Of a DNA stretch of 37,609 nucleotides, positions 22,306 to 33,274 are shown piece after piece (within the stretch, counting starts at the first letter, position 1; every line of letters begins with the position of its first letter). The DNA comes from Octopus bimaculoides (Eukaryota): contig NC_068984.1 in assembly GCF_001194135.2 (NCBI RefSeq), positions 17,290,727 to 17,328,335 of the forward strand, written 5' to 3'. The notes beneath the pieces are model-generated. The model made no database searches. It was not told the DNA's origin and saw only the letters and a list, made by a program, of their open reading frames with translations. Both the position numbers and the translations under genes were made by a program.

Positions 22306-23539
22306 NNNNNNNNNNNNNNNNNNNNNNNNNNNNNNNNNNNNNNNNNNNNNNNNNNNNNNNNNNNNNNNNNNNNNNNNNNNNNNNNNNNNNNNNNNNNNNN
22401 NNNNNNNNNNNNNNNNNNNNNNNNNNNNNNNNNNNNNNNNNNNNNNNNNNNNNNNNNNNNNNNNNNNNNNNNNNNNNNNNNNNNNNNNNNNNNNNNNNNN
22501 NNNNNNNNNNNNNNNNNNNNNNNNNNNNNNNNNNNNNNNNNNNNNNNNNNNNNNNNNNNNNNNNNNNNNNNNNNNNNNNNNNNNNNNNNNNNNNNNNNNN
22601 NNNNNNNNNNNNNNNNNNNNNNNNNNNNNNNNNNNNNNNNNNNNNNNNNNNNNNNNNNNNNNNNNNNNNNNNNNNNNNNNNNNNNNNNNNNNNNNNNNNN
22701 NNNNNNNNNNNNNNNNNNNNNNNNNNNNNNNNNNNNNNNNNNNNNNNNNNNNNNNNNNNNNNNNNNNNNNNNNNNNNNNNNNNNNNNNNNNNNNNNNNNN
22801 NNNNNNNNNNNNNNNNNNNNNNNNNNNNNNNNNNNNNNNNNNNNNNNNNNNNNNNNNNNNNNNNNNNNNNNNNNNNNNNNNNNNNNNNNNNNNNNNNNNN
22901 NNNNNNNNNNNNNNNNNNNNNNNNNNNNNNNNNNNNNNNNNNNNNTATATATATATATATATATATATTCATATATGTATGGGTGTATATATATATGTAT
23001 ATATATTATGTAATATATATCTATCTGTGTATGTATATATATATGTGTATATATATATATGTATGTGCATGCAAATATTTGTGTAATTGTACATGTACAT
23101 ACATACAGGCATTTATACATACCTGATATACATATATGTGTGTGTGTGTGTGAGTGTGAAAGTGTGAGTGTATGTGTGCATGATGTCTGCATACATAAAA
23201 GGCATGTTTGTGTGTATGCATGGCATATGTGACAAGTCTGCATGCACCGTTTTTTTTCCCCTTCTTCTTCACTAAATCACCTGATACTAGTGTCATCTAC
23301 TTACTTTCAACTTTGTCATAGTAGTATGTACTGACTGCTGCTGTATCTACCATACATGTCAAGCTGGTTGTTGTTGAGATATTGGCACCTCTCATTTACA
23401 ATGTCCTTGTCACTTTTTATTCCAAAATGCAGTTAAAAGAAGGTAAAGGCATGTAGGGAATAACTTTTTTTTTAGAATTGCGGACAGTGGAAACTGCAAA
23501 TTCAAAGACATATTCTTTTAGTGTCATGAGAGAGTTAAT

Positions 23540-23566
23540 AGTAATAATGATAATAATAACAATAAC

Positions 23567-23641
<75 letters not shown>

Positions 23642-23894
23642 TGTAGTAGTAGTAGTAGTAGGAGTTAGTCATGGTAGTAGTAATAGTAGTAGTTATTAGT
23701 AGTAGTAGTAAAGCTGTTACAAAAGTTTGAAAAGAACAAATAGCATAGTAAATGGTACTGCAGGCTGCAGGTAGTAAACTCATGCAAGATTCCAGGAGTT
23801 CAAATAAAATCTGAGTTAAAAGAATATAATAATGAGGATGATGATAATAATAATAATAATAATAATCATAAAAAATAATAATAATAATGATAAT

Positions 23895-23961
<67 letters not shown>
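23540..23961. repeat. (TAA)n/(TAG)n arrays split by a ~115-bp unique spacer
   Basis: TAA 23540-23606, TAG 23607-23710, unique 23711-23825, TAA 23826-23961. Confidence 0.95.
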
Positions 23962-23966
<5 letters not shown>

Positions 23967-26009
23967 CTTTTGGAAAGGGATCTGGCGTGATGAGAAACCA
24001 TACAATGAAAATGCAGACTGGATCAAATGCACCCAAGATGCCCACAAAAATCTACAAGAACAGGTATGGGATGACATCTCAATCGCCGACCTAAGGAGGA
24101 CACTAACAAAGGCTCATAAGTGGAAATACCCTGGTATTGATAGAGTACCAAATTTCTGGCTCTTGTCACTCTTGTCCGCACACAAAATGTTAGTAATACT
24201 ATTTAATAGTATTGTGAAAGACCCGGAAAAAACTCCCCATTGGATGGCAAATGGTATTACCTCCTCCCCCAAAATAACAAAACCAAAGACCCAAAAAACT
24301 ACCAGCCTATAACATGTTTGTCTACTACCTATAAGATTTTGACATCTATTCTAGTGGAGAAAACATATACGTTTATGGAAGAGAATAACCTCTTTCCCAC
24401 TGAACAAGAAGGATGCAGATGAGGCTCATACAGATGCAAAGATCAGCTCCTAATTAATCGCATGATTCTTGAGAACTGCAATAACAGGCGCAGAAATCTT
24501 AGCTCTTCATGGATTGATTATAAAAAAGCCTTTGACAGCATACCACATTCGTGGATTCTGAAATTGCTGGACATTTTCAAAATTTCTCCTGTGATTTCAG
24601 ATTTTTTAAAGTATAATATGTCACTATGGAACACAAAGCTCCAATTATATCATTCTAATGGAGTATTGCGCTCAAACAATATTAGCATAAACTATGGCAT
24701 TTTCCAAGGTGACTCACTTTCACCACTAATTTTCTGCATAGCACTAATACCACTCTTAAGTGAACTGAATAAAACAGGGCATGACTACAAAATTGACAAC
24801 AGGAAAATAAGCCATCTATTTTATATGGATGATTTAAAGCTATATGGCAAAGATGATGAAGAGCTTCAATGACTACTACATACTGTGAAAGGATTCAGTG
24901 ATGATATCGGGATGGAGTTTGGCCTTGAAAAGTGTGCCAAAGCCACTTTTAAGAAAGGGAAACTGGTAAAGTCAAGTTCAATAGAATTAGATGCTGGAAC
25001 AGTAATAAAGGAACTTGAGCAGGAACAAACCTATAAATACCTAGGAATAAATGAAGGCTCTGGTACCCAGCATGAAAGTATGAAAGAGAAGGTTAGGAAG
25101 GAATGTTGTAGAAGAGTTCAAGCAGTTCTGAAGTCTGAGCTGAATGCATATAATAAGGTGTTAGCCATAAATTCTTTTGCAGTCCCAGTTGTTCTTTATA
25201 GCTTCAATGTGCTTAACTGGAATACCAGTGAAATAGTCAAAATTGATAGAAAAATCCGCAAGCTACTGACTTGTAATAAGATGCACCATCCAAAGGCAGA
25301 CGTGGATCGTCTTTACCTTCCCAGAGCTCAGGGAGGTCGAGGCTTCATTCAGCTTGAACTTACATACAAAGCCATCACAATCGGAATGGCCAAATACCTT
25401 GAAACAACCAACGGTTGGATGCTAAAACTTGTTGAAAAACATGAAAAACCGAAAAAACTTCACTCTATTCTGAAAGAGAGAAAAAAATTCGCTCCTGATC
25501 TCTTAGATACCTACCAGATTGATCAGGTTGAAGGAAATGTGCCAACTGCTGTTGCAAAGAAAATAAAATTAATTGCAAAGACAAAAGCACATGAAAAATT
25601 AGCTAGCAGATGGGAGCAGAAACCTCTGCATGGCAAGTATGTGGCTCGTAGCAAACAAGCTGATGTCGACCAGAAACACACGCATCAATGGTTACGAAGC
25701 TCAGGGCTAAAAGTAGAGAGTGAATGTTTCATATTAGCTGCTCAAGACCAAAGCTTATTAACTCGGAAATACCAAGCCAATGTGATAAAAAAATGGAGCT
25801 GACCCAAAATGCCGATTCTGTAATGATGAGATTGAAACTATAGACTAACTAATCTCAGGGTGTAGAATCTTAGCACCTGTAGAATATAAAGTAAGACATG
25901 ACAGAGTCGGCCAGTATTTACACTGGATAATATGTTGGCATTATAAACTCAAACTGCTGACAAATGGTATAAACACCATCCTGAAGCTGTGGCTGAGGAA
26001 GAAAATGTG
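23962..26009 (+). mobile_element. R4/Dong-like non-LTR retrotransposon, disrupted RT plus CCHC zinc knuckle, truncated at both ends
   Basis: FWKGIW..YNENADWI, KWKYPGIDRVPNFWL, KNYQPITCL, WIDYKKAFDSIPHSW, GIFQGDSLSPLIFC, HLFYMDDLKLY, FSDDIGMEFGLEKCA, CRFCNDEIETID*LISGC. Frameshifts near 24258, 25790 and 25950; in-frame TGA at 24420 and 24870. Confidence 0.9.
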
Positions 26010-26060
26010 AGAGAGATAGAGAGAGATAAAGAGAGATAGAGAGAGATAGAGAGAGAAAGG

Positions 26061-26113
<53 letters not shown>
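26010..26113. repeat. (GA)n/(GAGATA)n microsatellite
   Basis: Direct inspection. Confidence 0.95.
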
Positions 26114-26117
<4 letters not shown>

Positions 26118-26320
26118 GGCAGAATCAGTTGAGTACTTAAAACAATACTTGTGGTATTTAGTTATGTTCTTTGAACTTCTGTGTTCAAATCCTGCCGTTA
26201 CCAGTTTTGTCATTAATTATTCTGGGATTACAAAATAAGTAAAATTAACTAATGGAATGAATTTAATCAATTGTTCCCTCCCACTAAATTGGTGGCCTTC
26301 TGCTTATGGTGTTTGATTAT
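26112..26320 (+). mobile_element. SINE family C, strongly diverged
   Basis: GAGCTGGCAGAATCAG...GTGTTCAAATCCTGCC...TGGTGGCCTT. Confidence 0.55.
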
Positions 26321-26959
26321 CTATATTCTACTAAAACTTTGAGACTGCTTGGTTGCATTTGTATTTGTCTATCTCTCTGTCTTTTTCTCTCTCACTCTCT
26401 GTAATTTAATACAGCCAAACCGGCATATAATGAGAAAATACTCTGAAAGTAAGCTATCCCTGAAATGGGAACACAAATGGAATAAAACAAGTTTTGTGTA
26501 AATCAGACCATGAATTCCTGAGATACACGTTTTTTTTGGGTACCTTCATAAATAGCCAAAACAGTGCATAGTGGGAAAAAATTCTGAAAGTAACATAACC
26601 CTGAAACAGGAATATATAATACTGTGAAAATTGTTTCCATCAATTTTTATGTTTACGTTATATAACAATTCCTTTTGCATTTTTGTAGAAGTGTGCACAT
26701 ATGCCATAAATAAATTCTGTTACTGCAGTTCAAGTTTATCTTGGAAGTTCTATTTCTATTAGATGCTGTAAATAATCAATAAAACATGAACTTGTAAACC
26801 AGACCTATGATGACACGAATGAATTGAAATATTTAACCGAATCATCATAAAATTAGCTTCCATTTAAATGTAATGTTTAAATCAGCTTCACTGTTTCATA
26901 ACCTGAACTGTCAGTGACCCAATGGGTCATAGGTCGTCTAGTTAATATTACCAAAGGGT

Positions 26960-27630
26960 TTAAGGCAATGATCTGGTAGAATCATTAGTACACCAGGCAA
27001 AATACTTAGTAGTGTTTTTTCTGTCTTTATATTTTAAGTTCAAATTCCGTCGAGGTTGACTTTGCCTTTCATCCTGTTGGGGTCAACAAAATAAGTATCA
27101 GCTAAGAACTGGGGTTAATATAAATGACTTACTCTCTCCTCTGAAATTGCTGGCCTTGTGTCAAAATTTGAAATAAAATGCTTTATGGCATCTCATCTGT
27201 CTTTATATTCCAACTTCAAATTCCTCTGCTTTTCATCCTTTTGGAAAATTAAAGTAAGTATCAGTTGAGTACCGAGGTTGATGCAATCAACTTAACCTCT
27301 CCCTAGAAAAAGCTGGCCTTGTGCCAAAATTTGAAACCAATATAATCCATAGAACAAATATTTAAAATTTGAAATGGTAGAAGTTTAATATAGGAACTAA
27401 AATGGAGACTATCATTACAAATTGCAATAAAGTGGTGAGCTGGTAGAATCATTACAGCATTGGAAAAATACTTTGAGCCTTATATTCTGGCTCTTTACAT
27501 TTTGAGTTCAAATCCTGCTGAAGTCATCCTTGCCTTTCATCCTCTTGGGTTTGATAAAATAAAGCGCTGGAGTTGATGGTATTGGCTAAGCTCCTCCCCT
27601 ACAAAATTGATGGCTTTATGCCTAAACCAG
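26960..27630 (+). mobile_element. Three tandem diverged SINE family C copies
   Basis: Repeated GTTCAAATTCC...TTTGCCTTTCATCC...AAAATAAGTATCAG...GCTGGCCTTGTG at ~26960-27170, 27175-27340 and 27437-27630. Confidence 0.75.
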
Positions 27631-28919
27631 AAACTATTGCTACAGTTAGTAATTTTTGCAAAGGTGAAGAAGTGCTTACCATTTCCCCTGAATATTTAAT
27701 GCTTATAATTATTCTTCAATACTTAAAGCATAATTTAAGATATAAATCTATAATATTATTCATATCTTTTCAATGATACTGCAGGGGAACTATTTATAAG
27801 TATTATCAGAGTAAATATATGTAAATAAATATATATGTGTGCTTTAATTCTAATAGAATAAAGCAGGTTAATTCTACTTCTACAATTCCATTAGTGATTT
27901 TTCAAAAAGGTGAAAACGTACTTATTCTACATTTCCCTAATTAATTCAAATTTAATTTCCTGATTATATAAAAAAAAAAAATATCCAACTAACAAATGAA
28001 TAACATTGAAATCTCACATTGTGTTTATGTTTAAATTTATTCAAATTTTTTTCTTCAACAACCATTCCTCATAACTTTTTCAGTTCAATATTTCTTTTTC
28101 TTTTGTTCATGACTCTAGTTATTGTTGCCAGTTATTTCTTTTATAATTTCCTTCTATAATTATTATTACTATTATTATCTTTTTAATGTTTTTCATTGAA
28201 GTTACTTCATCATCATTTTTCTCTTACAATAATAGATGTTTAAAATTTTTTCACTTAACCTTTTCAATTCTTAACTTTGTCTTTTGTTCACTTCTAATCT
28301 CTCCAATGGAATTTTAGTTTGAACTCCTCCCCAGTTTCTAATCTCTCTTGCTTTAAGCTTTTTAGATAGAACAAGAGGAAAATTTGAATATTCTATTTGA
28401 AGGAGATTACTGGCTTTTATGAAGTAATTTTAATATAAAATTTATTAATCCTTAAAACTGCTGCCACTTTCAGTGTGCTTGTTAACCTCTTACTACTTGG
28501 GTACATCATATTTTTACACTATCTGCAATCTTTCATAGATGATTTTTTTTTTTTTGAGGGTTGCATATATTGTGATCTTAGAATTGTTACTGTCTTTTCT
28601 ATATTTTTAGTCTCAGAAATAGGAAACTACATTTTTATAAATGATATTGTTGTTAATATATTAATCTTCTGAGATACTGGGTATGCTGCATTTAAGATTG
28701 CCAGAGATTTATAGCTTTTTTTAAAACATATATCTTTGAGTACATTGTATACTGCAGACTTGTACAATAACGTTATAGTAGATTCAAGATAATACAAGCA
28801 AGACAATGGTATTATTTGTAATACTTAGATTACAGACAAAGATATTCACAGACAGAGATATTCACTTGTTCAGCTTCATAGGCATGGAATTATCAATATG
28901 AATATTAATGTACCAATGA

Positions 28920-29533
28920 AGGTGGGAAGCTGACGGGATCGTTAGCATGCTGGGCAAAATGCTCAGCAGTATTTTGCTTGCATTTAGGTTCTGAGCTCAA
29001 ATTCTGCCGAGGTCAACTTTGCCTATCGCCTTTTAATGGTCAATAAAATAAATACCAGTTAAACACTAGGGTTGTTGGAATTGACTTACCCCATTCCTCG
29101 AAATTGCTGGCCTTGTGCCAAAATTTAAAACCAATATTCTTTTTTTCTCTAGGTACAAGGCCTGAAATTTTTGGGTGGGAGGGNNNNNNNNNNGATGAAA
29201 GGCAAAGTCGACCTTGGTGGAATTTGAACTCAGAACATAAAGACAGATGAAATACCGCTAAGCATCTTTCCCGGCATGCTAACGATTCTGTCAGCTCGCC
29301 GCATTATATTATTATTATTACTCTTTTCTGCTCTAGGCACAAGGACAGAAATTTTGGGGGAAGAGGCCAGTCGATTAGATCGATTCCACTACACAACTGG
29401 TATTTAATTTATCAACCTCAAAAAGATAAAAGGCAAAGCTGACCTTGGCAGAATTTGAACTCAGAATGTAAAGACAGACGAAATACTGATAAGCATTTCA
29501 CCCAGTGTTCTAATGCTTCTGCCAGTTCACCAC
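28920..29533. mobile_element. SINE family C cluster: plus copy 28920-29135, minus copies 29137-29302 and 29325-29533
   Basis: The family body appears in both orientations, tail-to-tail at ~29136. Confidence 0.85.
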
Positions 29534-29977
29534 CTTATATTTAAAACCAATATTAATACGTCAATCTGAGGGCATCTTCGTTTTTCAGCATTCCATGGTC
29601 TGCAAAATAAAGTACCATTTAAATTCTGGATTCATTTAATTGATCATACACTCACCTAAAATTTATGATCTTGTGCCACTGTTAGAAATTAGTATTGATT
29701 TATTATTTCACTCCATCTCAGATGAAAATTCAGGTCAGAGACAGTGCCTCCATATTGTCATTTGATCTGCTAGAAACAGAAACTAGACCTCTTTCAAATT
29801 ACACCCTACCACCTTTAAAACAAAAGAGCCTAGATATACTATGCCAGAAAATAAAATGATAGGGAGATTATGGCTGGAACATCATTGGTCAAAGCTGACC
29901 TGGGCATTAAATGTAAACTCTTGTTTGGTTTAATACTACCATCTGGTCTTTGAGAGCCTTTTGCAGAGACCATTCTA

Positions 29978-30188
29978 CAGGGTGTCCACAAGGTCTGGGT
30001 ACATGGGGTAAATAAAATCATAACATAAACAATTAAATATAAGAAATAATAATTTCTTAAAGTATGTGTTAATCCCCATGTGGGTACATGCAGTAAATAA
30101 AATCATAGATAAACAGTTAAATATAAGAAATAATAATTTCTTAAAGTATGTGTTAATCCCCATGTACCCAGACTTTGTGGACACCCTG
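29978..30188. mobile_element. Tc1/mariner-type MITE with TA TSD and internal ~85-bp tandem duplication
   Basis: 31-bp TIRs CAGGGTGTCCACAAGGTCTGGGTACATGGGG / CCCCATGTACCCAGACTTTGTGGACACCCTG (1 mismatch). TA at 29976-29977 and 30189-30190. Confidence 0.93.
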
Positions 30189-31688
30189 TACTGTAAATAT
30201 CAAGACATGACTTTTGATCTGAAGATAACTTCATCCCTCCTTTCCTTCCTCTAGTCATGGAGACCCTGAAAAAGGCCATAGATACTGCTGTTGCGGTTTC
30301 TACCCCCCCCCCCCGTCTTCATAAATAAAAACAACATTTCAGTTCTTGACTGAGTCTTGAATAAATTATCAGAAACGAGGAAGTGATGAAGATTTAAATA
30401 TTCCCCCAGTATAAACTATCCTGGAGTTAAATATTTCTTTTTTTCAACAATTCACCTTATATCCAAGTTAGTGATTGTCACTAACGTGCCACATACTAAT
30501 TAGTCGCACAGTAGAACAACTTGCATCTTTCTGAGTTCAGTACCATTGGCATGACAAAAGACTATTGCATTTCATTTCGCATTCCTCCAAAATATAGGTC
30601 TTTTTCACCTAGTTAAAAAGAAACCAATATTTAGACATTATGAAAGGAAATTTTTAACGGAAGATTGGTAAATTTATTCATCAAAATAATGGTTTTTAGA
30701 ATGTCAGGCTGGTCTTCTAAAGATTGGTAATTAGTTAGTTTAGTATCAGTGAAAAGTGTGCAAAAAGAAAAAAAACCCCGAAATGATAAGCATAATTAAT
30801 ATATAAATTCTTTTTCCAAAATGATTGTGACTGAATTAATAATTTCCTGTCTTTCTCTTTCCGATATTTACAGACTGCTTCCTCTGAATTTCTGAAGAAC
30901 TTCACTGTTCTGTAACATTAGATTTCTATTCCCCTCTTGACACATTAACATTATGCATTTAAAAATTTTATTAGGCTAATTTCTCCCTAGAATTCTAGTT
31001 TTTAACTTTGTATTTTTTCAGATGTTTATTGAAAAAGTATTCTTGTGATACTTTTATAAATGCTTAATGTTTTCTGTTTTATATGTTCTCCAGTCTCAAG
31101 TCATTGGATATAAAGATATTGATTTTAATTCTACTTCAATTTACTCATTAAACTGTGGCTTAGTTGGTGAGACAGAAATGTGAAAATAAAAAAAGAACAA
31201 CCTTTCTCTTGCATAACTAATTTGGTCTTTTAATAGTCTTAAAAATGTATATTTATAAAGATAGTAATTGAACAAAAAAATACAGTAAATAGAAAGTAAT
31301 TGGATAGGAGAGAGAGAATGATCTCTATATGTGTCATTTATAAAGTCTAAATAAATTAAGTGATGGATGAAAAAAAAAATTATCTTTTAAAATGAAAACT
31401 AGACAGAATTACAAAATCACAAGTTACTAAAATGTGCATGCTATCATAGAGAAGATTTATTACCATTCTAAAGAAATATCAAGAACTAATTGAAATTGAG
31501 ACTAGATTGAATCAAAAGACTGAAATATATAATGACAGGCTCTAAATTAGGGGTTTTAAACCATGATATTTCGGGGTTGTATAATTGTACTTTTGATATG
31601 CTTGGATGGCTGAAAAATGGATTTTATTGATATAACTAAATTAACAAAATTTTAAAGACAATCATATTTTCTTTTGTCAGGCATCACT

Positions 31689-31775
31689 GTGTGGTTAAAA
31701 GAAAAAGCTTGCTTTGCAGTCACATGGTTTCAGGTTCAGTTCCATTGCAAGGCACCTCAGGCATGTGTCTTTTAC
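31689..31775 (+). mobile_element. SINE family A head fragment
   Basis: GTGTGGTTAAAAG...CACATGGTTTCAGGTTCAGTTCCATTGCAAGGCACCTCAGGCATGTGTCTT. Confidence 0.65.
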
Positions 31776-31799
31776 AATAGTTCTGAGCTGGCCATCATT

Positions 31800-32130
31800 G
31801 TTGTTGTTGTCGTAGTTGTCATCGTCATCGTTTAGCGTCTTCCTTCCATGTTGGCATAAGTTGGATGGTTTAACAGGAGCTGACCAGGCAGAAGCCTGCA
31901 CTGTGCTTCTGTTTGCCATGGTTTTTATGGCTGGACCCCCATTCCTAGCAACAACCACCCTGTAGAGTGGGCTGAGTGCTTTTTACGTGGCACCAGTACA
32001 GACAAGGTCAGTTTTGGCATGGTTTTTATGTCTGTCTTTCCAAATGCCAACCACTTTACAGTGTGGACTGGATGTTTTTTAAGTGGTACCAGCACTGACA
32101 GAGTCACCGAGTAACTTTTTAAGACAAGGA
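31800..32130 (-). mobile_element. SINE family B, diverged
   Basis: CATCGTCATCGTTTAGCGTCTTCCTTCCATGTTGGCAT...GTGCTTTTTACGTGGCACCAG. Confidence 0.75.
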
Positions 32131-32879
32131 ATCTTTGAGAGGGGAGAGGGCATTGGAGGAGGTGGTAAATGGTTAGAGTGTGTATGGAAATTGTGTGTGT
32201 GTATATATATATATTTAAGAAATAATTAAGATTCAGTTGAATTAGGTACTTAAGTTGAAGCACCAAATCAGTGCAGTATTATCTGTACAGTCTTATAGAG
32301 ATAGTCGATACAGGTGTGAGCTGTGCTCTATGGAAAGTTATGAAATTTTTAAATATAGGGATAAGAGCAACCTGGTTAATAATAGATTAGACCTAAGGGT
32401 ATCATGCGTACATAGGGTCACCTGTACATGTAAATATCTTTGAAATTAGCGTTTATAGGTGCCGCACTTGAATCTGGATAGAGGAAATTAATTTTTAGTG
32501 TTGTATATGATATGAACTTACCCCCTAGTATTATATATAATAAGTTATATATATTTTCTTTCTATTCTCTATAATTTCTTATTATTCTGTTTTCTTATTT
32601 TGATACCTTTACCCTCTTATCTCTTATGAGTTATTAATGTCCTGATAGAGAAATATAAACTTCCTAGTTGCTTAAGTCTAGAAGAGTTGATTATAACATA
32701 CCCATAATATGTGTGCACATAGTTAAATATGTGTATGTATCTGTGCACAACTTATTTTTCCGATTCTTTTTTCTAATTCTTAGCTTATAATTAATATAAA
32801 AATAGCATGATTTATTGCCCCAGCATTTATTTACATTATTTACATTTGATGGATATTTGTCCTCATCTTGTTTGTTGTT

Positions 32880-32925
32880 AACACAACGTTTCGGCTGATA
32901 TACCCTCCAGCCTTCATCAGGTGTC
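32880..32925 (-). ncRNA. Minimal type I hammerhead ribozyme motif (Penelope-like element type)
   Basis: Minus strand reads GACAC-CUGAUGA-A-GGCUG(GAGGGUAUAU)CAGCC-GAAACGUU-GUGUU. Core boxes are intact, with helix I GACAC/GUGUU, helix II GGCUG/CAGCC and palindromic ACGU helix III. Confidence 0.75.
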
Positions 32926-33274
32926 TTGGGGAAATTTTTCCAATATTTTTCTATTGGAGCAATATCGAAAATAACCAACTGAACAAACAACAACAACAAC
33001 AACTCAGTGACAGTTTTAGATGGGAAAAAAATAGGAGTAGAAATGATGTTTCAAGCATGGCCTTTCATCAGACAGAGGAAGAAGACGTGAGAAGAGAAAA
33101 AGGAGGAAGGAACAGATGGTCTGGAGACAAGGAAGGAATGAAGGTCAGACATGGTGAGGATGTAGAGGTGTAGAGAGGAGAACATGAGATGGAAGTCAGG
33201 AAAGGAGTTGAGAAGGAAGGAAGAAGAGAAATGAGTCGCAGACGAATTAAAATGGTTCACCATGTAAATAATCT

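Noticed and set aside
28020-28370. T-rich block whose minus strand looks like a Lys/Glu-rich decayed ORF
   Set aside because: Multiple stops in all frames and no recognisable motif. It cannot be distinguished from low-complexity DNA.
29654-29733. Micro-exon candidates (minus 23 nt ending AG|gtgagt; plus 12 nt ATGAAAATTCAG)
   Set aside because: Too short to distinguish from chance splice-like motifs without transcript data.
30874-30915. Acceptor tttacag followed by TASSEFLKNFTVL*
   Set aside because: The donor is weak, its phase is incompatible with the 31094 candidate, and the peptide is too short to support.
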